Below, in pieces: positions 28,405 to 38,243 of a stretch of 64,000 nucleotides of DNA. The notes below the pieces were generated by a model that saw only the letters and a program-made list of their open reading frames with translations, did not search any database and had not been told where the DNA came from. The stretch is from NCBI GenBank assembly GCA_964607415.1, contig CAZSKK010000002.1:158380-222379 (forward strand), given 5' to 3'. Numbering within the stretch: position 1 is the first letter of the stretch; each line of letters starts with the position of its first letter. Source of the DNA: an uncultured Candidatus Saccharibacteria bacterium (GTDB lineage: Bacteria > Patescibacteriota > Dojkabacteria > J137). A program made the position numbers and the translations under genes.

Positions 28405-28563
28405 TCTATAAATTTAAGATCAAAGTTTCAAAGAGTTCAAAATAGTTTCAAAACTTAAAAATAAATCTGAAAATTTTCATTTTGATGTTTTTTATTATTT
28501 TGATAGCTTTGATCTTTGTTATTAACTTAAAGTATTTATAATTTAGAATTTATTACTAAAACC

Positions 28564-31542
28564 ATGTTCAGCAAACCAAACCCAAAGCAGAATTTCTTTG
28601 ATCTAGAGCAACAAATTTTAAACTGGTGGAAGGAGCAACAGATTCTAGAAAAATCGATTAACCAACGACCAGACGATCAGTCTAAAACATTCTACGATGG
28701 TCCTATTACTGCCAATGGTGAGCCTCATCACGGGCATATGCTTACGTTTGCAATGAAAGATATTATTCCAAGATACTGGACAATGAAAGGCTATAAGGTC
28801 AGTAGAAGTTTAGGATGGGACTGTCAAGGTATTCCTGTTGAATATGAAGTTGAAAAAAAATTGGGTTTTACTGAAAAAAAAGATATTGAAAAGTACGGCG
28901 TTGCAGCTTTTAATCAACTTTGTAGAGAATCAGTTGAAAAATATAGAGGAAATATCATTGAACTTGAAGAACTGATGGGTAGACTTACAAACTCTGATGA
29001 AGAGTTTGCAACAATGGATAGGGATTATATTGAATCAGTATGGTGGTCGTTGAGTGAACTTTATAAAAAAGGCCTCCTTTACGAAGGATTTAAAGTTGTT
29101 CCATACTCAACAAGAGCTGGAACTACGCTCTCAAACGCAGAAGTTGCTTTAGGAGGATATAAGCCTTTTGTTGATCCCGCAATCACTGTTGAATTTCCTT
29201 TAAAGGATGATCCTAAAACAATATTACTTGCTTGGACAACAACACCCTGGACAATACCTTCAAACCTAGGGCTTGCTGTCGGTAAAGATATTAAATATGT
29301 GAAAGTGAAAAGCCAGGTGCCTGATAATACTTACATTGTTGCAAAAGATTTGATAAAACAAGTATTTAAAGATGATCCAGTAGAAATTATTGGAGAAGTG
29401 GCAGTGGGTGAACTGGTAGGTAAGGAATATACTCCACCTTTCGATTTTTATGCTGGAAGAAAAAATGTCCATAAAATTTACGAAGGTTTCCATGTAACTA
29501 CTGATTCGGGTACAGGAATAGTTCATCTTGCGCCATATGGTGCTGAAGATAATGAAATATTTCAAAAAGTCGGCATTGAAAGCTTCGATTATTTAGATGA
29601 GCAAGGTGATTTTATTTCTACAGTTCCAATGTATGCTGGAATTAATTATAGAGATGCTAATCCAAAAATAATTGAAGATCTAAAAGCCAAAGATGCATTA
29701 TTTAGAAATGAAGAATATGAGCACGAAATGCCTATGTGTTGGAGAACAAACACTCCACTTATTTATAAACCAATAACCTCTTGGTTTATTGCAATGAGCA
29801 GCTTAAGAAAAGAACTGGTTGATAATAATAATAAAATCAACTGGATACCATCTCATGTAAAAGACGGTAGATTTGGAAACTGGCTTTCTGAAATTAAAGA
29901 TTGGGGAATATCCAGATTAAGATACTGGGGCACCCCTTTACCAGTCTGGAAATCAGCAAGCGGAAAAATAATCTTCATAGGTTCATTTGAAGAAATTGAA
30001 AAATATACTGGCAAAAAAGTAGAAGACCCCCATAAGCCGTTTATTGATGATTTTGTGTTCGAGTATGAAGGAGAAACTTACAAAAGAATTCCAGATGTAA
30101 TTGATGTTTGGTACGATTCAGGTGCTATGCCATTTGCAAGATTTCACTATCCTTTTGAAAACGAAGAAAAATTTAAGAAAAAATTCCCTGCACAATACAT
30201 TGCCGAAGGGGTTGACCAAACAAGAGGCTGGTTCTACTCTCTTCATGCTATAGGAACTGCACTTATGGATAGCCCAGCATTTGAAAATGTTGTTATGAAC
30301 GGATTTGTATTGGACGACAAAGGTGCTAAATTAAGTAAGAGCAAGAAAAATTATACAGCACCAAAACCGCTAATTGAAAAATTTGGAGCCGACACAATTA
30401 GACTAAACTTCTTTTCAACCGCAATCTCTGCAGGAGAAGATACAACTGTTAGTGAAAAAACTCTAAATATTCAAAAGCAAGAAACTATCCTTCCACTTTG
30501 GAACATCTATTCTTTCTTTACAACCTATGCAAACTTGCATAACTGGGAACCCCGCTCTGAGCTTTGTTACAACAATCGTGAAAACAAAGCCGATGAATTT
30601 CCTTGGGATCACATGCCCTTTAATGATTTGGAAAATAATTTAGACGCATGGATTTTATTACTCCTTCAAGAAACAATAAAAGAAGTAACCAGTGCTTTGG
30701 ACAAATACGAAATACCAAGGGCAACAAGAAGCGCAAAATCATTTATAGACGATCTTTCTAAATGGTATATAAGAAGAAATAGAGATAGATTTGCAAGTGG
30801 TGATACTGATGCCCTAGATACACTTTATTATGTACTTGTAGAGTGCTTAAAGCTATTTGCACCAATAACACCATTTATAACTGAATACATTTACAAAGAG
30901 CTTGTAGCTAGTCAATTAAGCGATATGCCTGAATCAGTGCATTTAACAAACTACCCTACTTCAGACACACAATTTATTGAACAGTACTCAGCTTTACTTG
31001 AAGAGATGAGAATTATTAGAGAAGTTTGTGAAATGGGCCACTCTTTAAGAACTACAAATCAACTTAAAGTAAGACAACCACTTGCGAAAGTTGAGTTAAT
31101 TAATACTAATGTTGCAGTTCCTGCTTTCTCAGATTGGATGAAAAAGATATTAATGGATGAACTTAACGTAAAAGATGTTGTAGAAGTCATGCAATTTTCA
31201 TCAAAAAAAGTTATAAATACAGAAAATGCTGCCTTAAGCATAAAAGTAGGATTAGACACGGAAATCACACAGGATCTTTTAGATGAAGGCCTTGTGAGGG
31301 ATATAACTAGAGAAATTCAAAGCATTAGAAAGAACATGAGTCTTGATATTGGTGATAAAATAACTTTGAGCTATCAAACAAATGATGTAGACTTAAATAG
31401 AATTCTTGAGAATTTTAAGGAAACTATTTTGAATAGTATTAATGCAGCTGAAATTTTGAATGTAGAAAGTATTAAACAAGACACTAAACAGGAAATAGAT
31501 TTAAATGGCAAAAAAGTTACAATTAATTTAGTTAAAAAGTAA
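28564..31542 (+). CDS. ileS: Isoleucine-tRNA ligase (IleRS2 type)
   Basis: FYDGP.TANG.PHHGH, GWDCQG.P.E, WTTTPWT, DWGISR.RYWG, EGVDQTRGWF, KLSKS. Confidence 0.97.
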   Translation: MFSKPNPKQNFFDLEQQILNWWKEQQILEKSINQRPDDQSKTFYDGPITANGEPHHGHMLTFAMKDIIPRYWTMKGYKVSRSLGWDCQGIPVEYEVEKKLGFTEKKDIEKYGVAAFNQLCRESVEKYRGNIIELEELMGRLTNSDEEFATMDRDYIESVWWSLSELYKKGLLYEGFKVVPYSTRAGTTLSNAEVALGGYKPFVDPAITVEFPLKDDPKTILLAWTTTPWTIPSNLGLAVGKDIKYVKVKSQVPDNTYIVAKDLIKQVFKDDPVEIIGEVAVGELVGKEYTPPFDFYAGRKNVHKIYEGFHVTTDSGTGIVHLAPYGAEDNEIFQKVGIESFDYLDEQGDFISTVPMYAGINYRDANPKIIEDLKAKDALFRNEEYEHEMPMCWRTNTPLIYKPITSWFIAMSSLRKELVDNNNKINWIPSHVKDGRFGNWLSEIKDWGISRLRYWGTPLPVWKSASGKIIFIGSFEEIEKYTGKKVEDPHKPFIDDFVFEYEGETYKRIPDVIDVWYDSGAMPFARFHYPFENEEKFKKKFPAQYIAEGVDQTRGWFYSLHAIGTALMDSPAFENVVMNGFVLDDKGAKLSKSKKNYTAPKPLIEKFGADTIRLNFFSTAISAGEDTTVSEKTLNIQKQETILPLWNIYSFFTTYANLHNWEPRSELCYNNRENKADEFPWDHMPFNDLENNLDAWILLLLQETIKEVTSALDKYEIPRATRSAKSFIDDLSKWYIRRNRDRFASGDTDALDTLYYVLVECLKLFAPITPFITEYIYKELVASQLSDMPESVHLTNYPTSDTQFIEQYSALLEEMRIIREVCEMGHSLRTTNQLKVRQPLAKVELINTNVAVPAFSDWMKKILMDELNVKDVVEVMQFSSKKVINTENAALSIKVGLDTEITQDLLDEGLVRDITREIQSIRKNMSLDIGDKITLSYQTNDVDLNRILENFKETILNSINAAEILNVESIKQDTKQEIDLNGKKVTINLVKK

Positions 31543-32177
31543 TGGATTTAGTCGAAAACCCTAAACTAGAAGATGAAATCAAAAAAGTAAAGAAAGAGAG
31601 ATTTTCTGGATTTATTGATTTCCTGCAATCAATAGTAATTGCTGTCGTAATCTGTTTAATTGTATATATCGCAATTGCAATGCCAAACCAGGTTGAAGGA
31701 CAATCCATGCAACCAAACTTTTATAATAACGACATTATCCTAACAAACAAGTTAAGTCAGTGGCTTGGTGAAACAAATCTTGGAGATTCTTTGGGCCTAG
31801 ATTATCACAGAGGTGACGTGATTGTATTCCAGAAGCCAGGATACAACGATTTTATAAAAAGACTGATAGGATTACCTGGTGATAGACTTGCGTTAAAGGA
31901 TGGTACAATTTACGTCAACGGCGAAAAACTGGATGAATCAGCCTATTTACCTGAAGATCTGGAGACAATAGGGGGAACCTTATTAGTTGATGGTGGTGAT
32001 GAATTGACAGTTCCTACAGGTCACTACTTTGCAATGGGAGACAATAGGAAGAACAGTCACGATTCCAGGTATATTGATATAGGGTTTATAAAACGAGAAT
32101 GGATGAAGGGCAAAGTAATTTTGAAATACTGGCCAATCAACGAATTTCATGTTGTAAAAGACCCTAGTTATAAATAA
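31542..32177 (+). CDS. lepB: Signal peptidase I
   Basis: G.SM.P, RGDVIVF, IKR.IGLPGD, GDNR.NS.DSR. Confidence 0.95.
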   Translation: MDLVENPKLEDEIKKVKKERFSGFIDFLQSIVIAVVICLIVYIAIAMPNQVEGQSMQPNFYNNDIILTNKLSQWLGETNLGDSLGLDYHRGDVIVFQKPGYNDFIKRLIGLPGDRLALKDGTIYVNGEKLDESAYLPEDLETIGGTLLVDGGDELTVPTGHYFAMGDNRKNSHDSRYIDIGFIKREWMKGKVILKYWPINEFHVVKDPSYK

Positions 32178-32269
32178 CTAAGCTCAAGGATCCAATGACA
32201 AATGAAATTTTCAAAATTATATTGAAAATTCCTTAGTCATTAGTATATTTTTATTAGTCATTCCATAAG

Positions 32270-33043
32270 GTGATTTTTGCAGTAACAAACCAAAAAGGAG
32301 GTGTTGGAAAGACAACTACAGTGTTGAACATGGGAGCGTATCTATCTAACAAAGGTAAAAAAGTTCTTTTAATTGATATGGATCCTCAAGCAAATTTGAC
32401 CTCAGGACTTGGTTTAAATGAACACACCCGACGTGAAATGAAGACAAAAAGTATTTATGATGTTTTAATTTCAAAAAACACTATAAAAGAAGTTACATTA
32501 AAGACGAAATTTGAAAACCTACACCTGATTTCATCTGGCATAGAACTTGCAGGTGCTGAAGTTGAAATTGTGAGCGCATTTTCCAGAGAAACAATCTTAA
32601 AACGTGCTTTGGACAAAGTAAGCAGTGATTACGATTTTATTTTTATCGATTGTCCTCCCTCCTTAGGACTTTTAACGATCAATGGGCTTGTAGCTGCCGA
32701 TGGAGTCTTAATTCCAGTTCAATCAGAATATTTTGCCCTCGAAGGTCTGGGACAGTTAATAAATACTGTAAAGCTTATCAAAGCAAATCTTAACAATAAT
32801 CTAGAGATTGCCGGTGTAATCATTACAATGTTTGATACCAGAACAAATCTAAGTAAGGATGTAAAAACTGAAATTGAAAACCACTTTAAGGGTAAGTTAT
32901 TTAAATCTGTAATCCCAAGAAACATTAAGCTTTCAGAAGCACCCTCTCATGGGCTTTCGATACTTGAATATGCACCAACTTCTTTAGGTGCCAAAGCATA
33001 CGACGATCTTACGGACGAGATAATAGAAAGGTTTAGGAATTAA
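32270..33043 (+). CDS. parA: ParA/Soj ATPase
   Basis: NQKGGVGKTTT, D.DPQAN.T, DCPPSLG, IPRN.KL.EAPSHG. Confidence 0.95.
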   Translation: MIFAVTNQKGGVGKTTTVLNMGAYLSNKGKKVLLIDMDPQANLTSGLGLNEHTRREMKTKSIYDVLISKNTIKEVTLKTKFENLHLISSGIELAGAEVEIVSAFSRETILKRALDKVSSDYDFIFIDCPPSLGLLTINGLVAADGVLIPVQSEYFALEGLGQLINTVKLIKANLNNNLEIAGVIITMFDTRTNLSKDVKTEIENHFKGKLFKSVIPRNIKLSEAPSHGLSILEYAPTSLGAKAYDDLTDEIIERFRN

Positions 33044-33249
33044 AGCAGCTTTTAACAATTAGCTATTCGAAGCTAGAACACTAATAGCTAAATCGCAACG
33101 GACTGGGTTAACTGAGAATTCTTTAAATTTGTAAAAATTTAACACTTTCAAAATTTATTATCGTCTTACCTCAAACTTCAAGCTTCTTTTTCTCTTGATT
33201 CTTTATTGATTAACGTATAGCATATAGTAAATAGTTATCAATTTAGCAC

Positions 33250-34104
33250 ATGAAAAAATCTGTTTTAGGTAAAGGCTTATCAGCTCTAATAGACGAAACA
33301 AGTCTTCCGGAGATATCGCAGGGCTTTATTCCTAAACTACCAGTAAAACTTATAGTACCTAACCCTTACCAACCTAGAAGCGAAATCAAACCTGAAGAAC
33401 TTATTGAGCTTGCTGATTCAATAAGACAACACGGTGTAATTGAGCCTTTGTTAGTTACAAAAAAATCAGAAAGCCAATATGAACTAATTGCAGGAGAAAG
33501 AAGGTGGAGAGCTTCTCAACTTGCAGGTATAGAGACTGTACCCGTAGTTGTAAAAGAAGCTTCACCCAAAGAAATGCTGGAACTTGCTATTGTAGAAAAT
33601 ATACAAAGGCGGGACTTAAATCCACTAGAAGAGGCAATGGCATTTGAGCAGCTTACAAAGATGTTTAACATGACTCATGATGAAATTTCCAAAAAAGTGG
33701 CTCTAAGTAGACCTGCAATTGCCAACAAAATAAGGCTTCTTTCACTTCCAGAAGAAATTAAAAAAGGATTACTTGAAGAAAAAATATCCGAAGGTCATGC
33801 AAGAGCTTTGTTGGGATTAAACTCTAAGGAAACAATGATTGCAACCTATAAAATCATTTTAAGAGATAATCTTTCAGTAAGAGCAGTTGAAGAATTAGTT
33901 AGGCGATTAAACAAAGGCAAACAAGTAAAAAAAAGAGCCGATATGAGAATTTTAGACGAAAAAACAGTAAAAATTGAATCTAGCCTCAAAGAAAGATTTG
34001 GCGAAAAAGTAACTCTCGCAAGATCAAAAAAAGGAGGAAAAATAGTTATTCCTTTTTCTAATGATCACGAACTTGATGGGATTGTAAAAAAATTAAGTAT
34101 ATAA
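33250..34104 (+). CDS. parB: ParB/Spo0J partition protein
   Basis: LGKGL.ALI, PNPYQPR, AGERRWRA, ENIQR.DLNPLEEA, GHARALL. Confidence 0.96.
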   Translation: MKKSVLGKGLSALIDETSLPEISQGFIPKLPVKLIVPNPYQPRSEIKPEELIELADSIRQHGVIEPLLVTKKSESQYELIAGERRWRASQLAGIETVPVVVKEASPKEMLELAIVENIQRRDLNPLEEAMAFEQLTKMFNMTHDEISKKVALSRPAIANKIRLLSLPEEIKKGLLEEKISEGHARALLGLNSKETMIATYKIILRDNLSVRAVEELVRRLNKGKQVKKRADMRILDEKTVKIESSLKERFGEKVTLARSKKGGKIVIPFSNDHELDGIVKKLSI

Positions 34105-34231
34105 ATTGCCTTCACACCCTACCCTTAATTTCAATAAGTGATAAAATTATAAAATAGTAAATTAATTAATTAGTTTTTTGTTAATTTGTAAATACTAATT
34201 AACTTTTTACGAATTATCCAATTAACGAAAT

Positions 34232-35347
34232 ATGCCACGAGCCTTAATATCTGCAGCACATACTCTAATGGTCCCTGGACAGATTTTTCAGGATCTTAGA
34301 GAAGCAGATTTAACCAGAAAAATTGTTAACAAAATGGTTCCTCACCTTGAAAAAACAGGTATAACTTTCCAGGCCGTTCCATTGGATCTTATTCTTACTG
34401 ATAGAATTGAATGGATTAATAACTCTGGCTATTCCGAAGATACAGATGATATCCTAGTTGAAATTCATGTTAATGATGGAGGTAAACGCGGAATTGAGGG
34501 TTGGTTTAGCGAAGAAGCAAACCCAGGAAATCGATCCCAAATTCTAGCAGATTACCTTCTAAAAGAAGTATGTACTGCTACAGGATATACTAATCAAACA
34601 GCCAAAAGTGAACTTCAGCATGAATTGACCTCATTGGTTATTCTTAACCAGACTAATACTATTTCTGTAGCACTGGAATGCCTATATATTGATAATCCCG
34701 AAGATATTGCAATTTTGAAAGATGATAAAAAGCTTGATGATCTTGCAAAGGCACTTGCTGAAGCAATTGCAAAATACATTAAATCAGACAGTAGTAAAAA
34801 ACCTGCTAATGCAAAGCCTAAGGCAAAACCTGACCCAGTTTTCAGCCCTAAACCCCCTTTTGGTGGTTTACCTTCATTGGGAGGATTAGGTGGTGGATTT
34901 GGATCACCTAGTGCATCTAGTACTTCCCCTTCATCCGGATCAAGTAATCTTATGATGGATAGGGAACAAAGAAAAAAAATGATAAATGATACTTACACTA
35001 AAATTTTAGGAAAAGAGCCTAATGCTAACGATTTAAATCAGAATTTGAATACAGGTGTTTCCGAAGAACAGTTAATCAAAAAACTTGTTGATTCTAAAGA
35101 TTTTGAAACAATGGTAAAAGATGCAAAAGATGCAAAAGATTTGCGCAATAAATCTACTCAAATGGAAGCAGATGTTGCAAGACTCCAGGCAGAAAGTAAT
35201 GACTTAAAGGCTATTAATGCTAATCTAAATAGACTTCTTCAGCATAAAAATATGACCATCACAAAAATGCAGCAGGAAATGGTTAGCCGTGGTGTTTTAA
35301 AACCTGGTGAATTCTTTGATTTAGGTTCTACACAAACTCAACGTTAG
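34232..35347 (+). CDS. Amidase_3 N-acetylmuramoyl-L-alanine amidase with P/G/S linker, DUF4214-like segment and coiled coil
   Basis: ISAAH, E, L..R...IN, EIHVN, G.E and LE..YIDN..D motifs; Y..ILGKEP; no signal peptide. Confidence 0.75.
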   Translation: MPRALISAAHTLMVPGQIFQDLREADLTRKIVNKMVPHLEKTGITFQAVPLDLILTDRIEWINNSGYSEDTDDILVEIHVNDGGKRGIEGWFSEEANPGNRSQILADYLLKEVCTATGYTNQTAKSELQHELTSLVILNQTNTISVALECLYIDNPEDIAILKDDKKLDDLAKALAEAIAKYIKSDSSKKPANAKPKAKPDPVFSPKPPFGGLPSLGGLGGGFGSPSASSTSPSSGSSNLMMDREQRKKMINDTYTKILGKEPNANDLNQNLNTGVSEEQLIKKLVDSKDFETMVKDAKDAKDLRNKSTQMEADVARLQAESNDLKAINANLNRLLQHKNMTITKMQQEMVSRGVLKPGEFFDLGSTQTQR

Positions 35348-35540
35348 AAACTAACTGTTTTATGATCATATATGCGAATCAGGAAAGAATTTCTGATTAC
35401 TAAATTTTAAATCTACATGTCGGCTTTCACCGTGATTCCTTTTTCCACACAATACTACCAAAGATAATTTGACGAGGGCATAATATTCAAATTTGGTTAT
35501 TACCACCTAAGTGGTTATGTTATAATAATTGAGATTTAAT

Positions 35541-35703
35541 TTATAGGAAGATTTGCTTTTAAAAATGAAAATTCACTTAAAATATTTAACTGCATTAGCT
35601 TTTAGACCACCGAAAAAAAATAATTAACGGTACTAAGATTACAGGTTGGATAAAAACCTGGCTTTGTTAGATATTCTTCTGGAATTGGGCAATTCTCCTA
35701 TAA
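35541..35703 (+). ncRNA. Candidate 6S RNA (or structured rny leader)
   Basis: Ends pair (TTATAGGAAGATTTGC / GCAATTCTCCTATAA); inner stems AATATTTAAC/GTTAGATATT and TTAG..ACCG/CGGT..CTAA; side hairpin CAGGTT/AACCTG; TGnTATAAT at 35518-35526; lies upstream of rny. Confidence 0.55.
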
Positions 35704-35737
35704 GGTAAATACATGTTTAAATTTTTAGATTATTAAG

Positions 35738-37285
35738 ATGGACGGCTTAAGTATTGTACTAATAACCACCTTCGCAATAACTACTGTTGCAGGTGTTGCT
35801 GGTAGTGTCTTTAGCTTTAAGGAACTTAAAAAAGCTAAATTTGATCTATCAAAAAATAAAGGTGTAGTTCTTTCAGAAGAGGAGGCTATAGAAAAAGCAA
35901 GCCAAATTGCTAAATCTAAAATCCTTGAGGCTGAGAAAAAAGTTCTAAGTTTAGAAAAGACTGCTCAAGAACAAGCAGCTTCTGTCAGAGAAAAGTTCAA
36001 GGAACAAGAAATGCTTCTTGCTGAAAGAGAAAGAAATCTCGTTGATAGAAATAAAACTTTGGATAAAAGATTTGATGAAATCGAAGAAAAAGAGAAGAGT
36101 CTAGATCAAGCGAAAAGAGATGTAAAAAATGCAAGACAGCAGTTATCAGAGCAGCTTGAAAAAATAGCTAAATTAACTAGAGCTGAAGCTGAAGCTTTGC
36201 TAAAAGAAGAAGTCGACAAGGATCTTGGCGACTGGAAAGCAAAAAAAATTAAAGAGTCAAAGCAACAAATTGAATTTGAAGCAGATGAGATTGCAAAGAA
36301 AGTTTTAGTTGAAACAATGCATAATGCAGCAACTGACTATGTTGCAGAAACAACTACAACTACACTTACAATTGATGATGAAACTCTAAAGGGTAAAATT
36401 ATTGGTAAGGATGGTAGAAATATCAGAACATTCGAAAAGTTAACTGGAGTTGATGTAATAATCGATGAAGCTCCTAATCAAGTTACTCTTTCATGTTTTG
36501 ATCCAATCAGAAGAGAAGTTGGTGCAATTGCAATGAAAAAGCTTCTTCAAGATGGAAGAGTTCACCCAGGAACTATAGAAGAAACAGTAGAAAAAGTTAA
36601 AAAAGATCTTCTTAAAGAAATTAAAAAAACAGGTGAAGAAATTGCATTTGAAACAGGATTTAACGATTTACCAACTGAAATTATAATGCTTTTGGGTAGA
36701 TTCAAATATAGATTTAGTTACGGACAAAATCTTGTAAAACATACCTTGGAAATGGTTAAGATTGGGGAACAGCTTGCTATGGAAGTTGGAGCTGATGTCC
36801 AAACCGTAAAACTTGCATGTTTGCTACACGACATTGGTAAAGTTGTCCCTCAAGAAGGAAAGCAACACCACCATATTTCTGCAGATATTGCTAGAAAATA
36901 CTACAAAGACGATAGACTAGTAAACGCAATTGAAGCTCATCACTATGATATTGAATCTAAAAGTGTGGAAGCAGAACTTGTAAGAATAGCTGATGCAATT
37001 TCTGGAGCTAGACCTGGAGCAAGAAGAGATAGCTACGAAGACTATGTAAAAAGAATTAGAGCTTTAGAAGATATTGCAAAAAATCAAAAAGGTGTTGAAG
37101 CAGCATTTGCAATCCACGCAGGCCGAGAGGTTAGAGTTTTGGTTAAACCAGATCAAGTTACAGATAAGGATGTTGATACAATGGCATTTGAAATTGCAAA
37201 AGAAATTGAAAAAACTCAAAGCTACCCAGGAGTGATTAAGGTAAACGTAATTAGAGAATATAGGAAGACTGAAGAGGCAAAATAA
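35738..37285 (+). CDS. rny: Ribonuclease Y
   Basis: N-terminal TM, coiled coil, KH (KGKIIGKDGRNIR), HD (LLHDIGK), ADAISGARPGAR. Confidence 0.97.
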   Translation: MDGLSIVLITTFAITTVAGVAGSVFSFKELKKAKFDLSKNKGVVLSEEEAIEKASQIAKSKILEAEKKVLSLEKTAQEQAASVREKFKEQEMLLAERERNLVDRNKTLDKRFDEIEEKEKSLDQAKRDVKNARQQLSEQLEKIAKLTRAEAEALLKEEVDKDLGDWKAKKIKESKQQIEFEADEIAKKVLVETMHNAATDYVAETTTTTLTIDDETLKGKIIGKDGRNIRTFEKLTGVDVIIDEAPNQVTLSCFDPIRREVGAIAMKKLLQDGRVHPGTIEETVEKVKKDLLKEIKKTGEEIAFETGFNDLPTEIIMLLGRFKYRFSYGQNLVKHTLEMVKIGEQLAMEVGADVQTVKLACLLHDIGKVVPQEGKQHHHISADIARKYYKDDRLVNAIEAHHYDIESKSVEAELVRIADAISGARPGARRDSYEDYVKRIRALEDIAKNQKGVEAAFAIHAGREVRVLVKPDQVTDKDVDTMAFEIAKEIEKTQSYPGVIKVNVIREYRKTEEAK

Positions 37286-37340
37286 ATAGATATCATGTGA
37301 GCACGAAGAGCGAGCATAGAATAGATATACTTATCCAGCG

Positions 37341-37382
37341 AAATAAAAAAGCCGCGACATCAATGTCGCGGCTTTTTTATTT
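37341..37382. terminator. Bidirectional intrinsic terminator
   Basis: AAATAAAAAAGCCGCGACAT-CA-ATGTCGCGGCTTTTTTATTT between convergent genes. Confidence 0.85.
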
Positions 37383-37404
37383 CTCAAAATTCTATATATT
37401 TTGT

Positions 37405-38229
37405 TTAATTTACAATATCCTTAAACCTCTTTTCATAAATAACTCTACCCTCGCCTATTGCTGTTTCCAAATATCCTTCGCCTTCCTCTTTTAAAAGCCA
37501 GTCAAACTCATCTGGTGTATATACTAAAGGCTCAATAATTGGGTCCGTACCTTTTGTTAAATCTCTGACAAATTGAATTCTTTCTATAAATGGTGTTTTA
37601 GTATTTGCTACAATTAAAATATCCATTGTAGAACTTTTTGGTCTTACTTTATCTCTTGCAAATCCTCCGTAAAGAATTATTTTCTCTACATCGAACTCAT
37701 CAATTGCTGTTAAAATCTCCACTATTTTTTGAATTCTGTCTTCAATTTCTGCGCCAGTGTAATAATATTCCTCTAAATCAACAAGCTTTCCATCACCTTT
37801 AGAAATTTTACCTTGTTGAATAAACTCCGAAATTTTTTTATAAATCTCAGTTGAAAGTTCTATACAAGTCTTTGCGTCTTTTTGATCTATAAATTCGTGT
37901 GGGGACTTGTTTTGCCCAGGAATTATGAATGGATATCTAGAGATAAAAGTATAAGCTTCAATTTTTCTGTAATCAAGCTTAACATCAAAAAACAGTTTAT
38001 TAGCTCTGTTTGCAAGCCCCATTAAAACTCCAAGTTTATGAACCTTTGGAGGTGGAAAACCCGCATGTACAATAACTGCTTTTATACTTTTTTCTACACT
38101 TTGCGTGGATTGGTAACAAGCCCATTCGAAGTTTCCTGATTTTAATGAAATTTCTGCAGCTGCCAAATCATATCTGGCCTGCTCCAACCAGACAAGAAAA
38201 CGGGTACGTTGTTTTTCTGCTTGTGTCAC
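37405..38229 (-). CDS. HEPN domain fused to minimal nucleotidyltransferase (MNT) domain
   Basis: WLEQARYDL..A, WACY...Q.VEK.IKA, H.L and SRYP (HEPN); KIILYGGFAR.....TMDILIV and EPLVYTPDE (MNT). Confidence 0.85.
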   Translation of the reverse strand: MTQAEKQRTRFLVWLEQARYDLAAAEISLKSGNFEWACYQSTQSVEKSIKAVIVHAGFPPPKVHKLGVLMGLANRANKLFFDVKLDYRKIEAYTFISRYPFIIPGQNKSPHEFIDQKDAKTCIELSTEIYKKISEFIQQGKISKGDGKLVDLEEYYYTGAEIEDRIQKIVEILTAIDEFDVEKIILYGGFARDKVRPKSSTMDILIVANTKTPFIERIQFVRDLTKGTDPIIEPLVYTPDEFDWLLKEEGEGYLETAIGEGRVIYEKRFKDIVN

Positions 38230-38243
38230 TTTAAAAAGTTTAA

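Noticed and set aside
32200-35700. parS sites or replication origin near parAB
   Set aside because: No TGTTNCACGTGAAACA-like palindrome or DnaA-box cluster seen by eye
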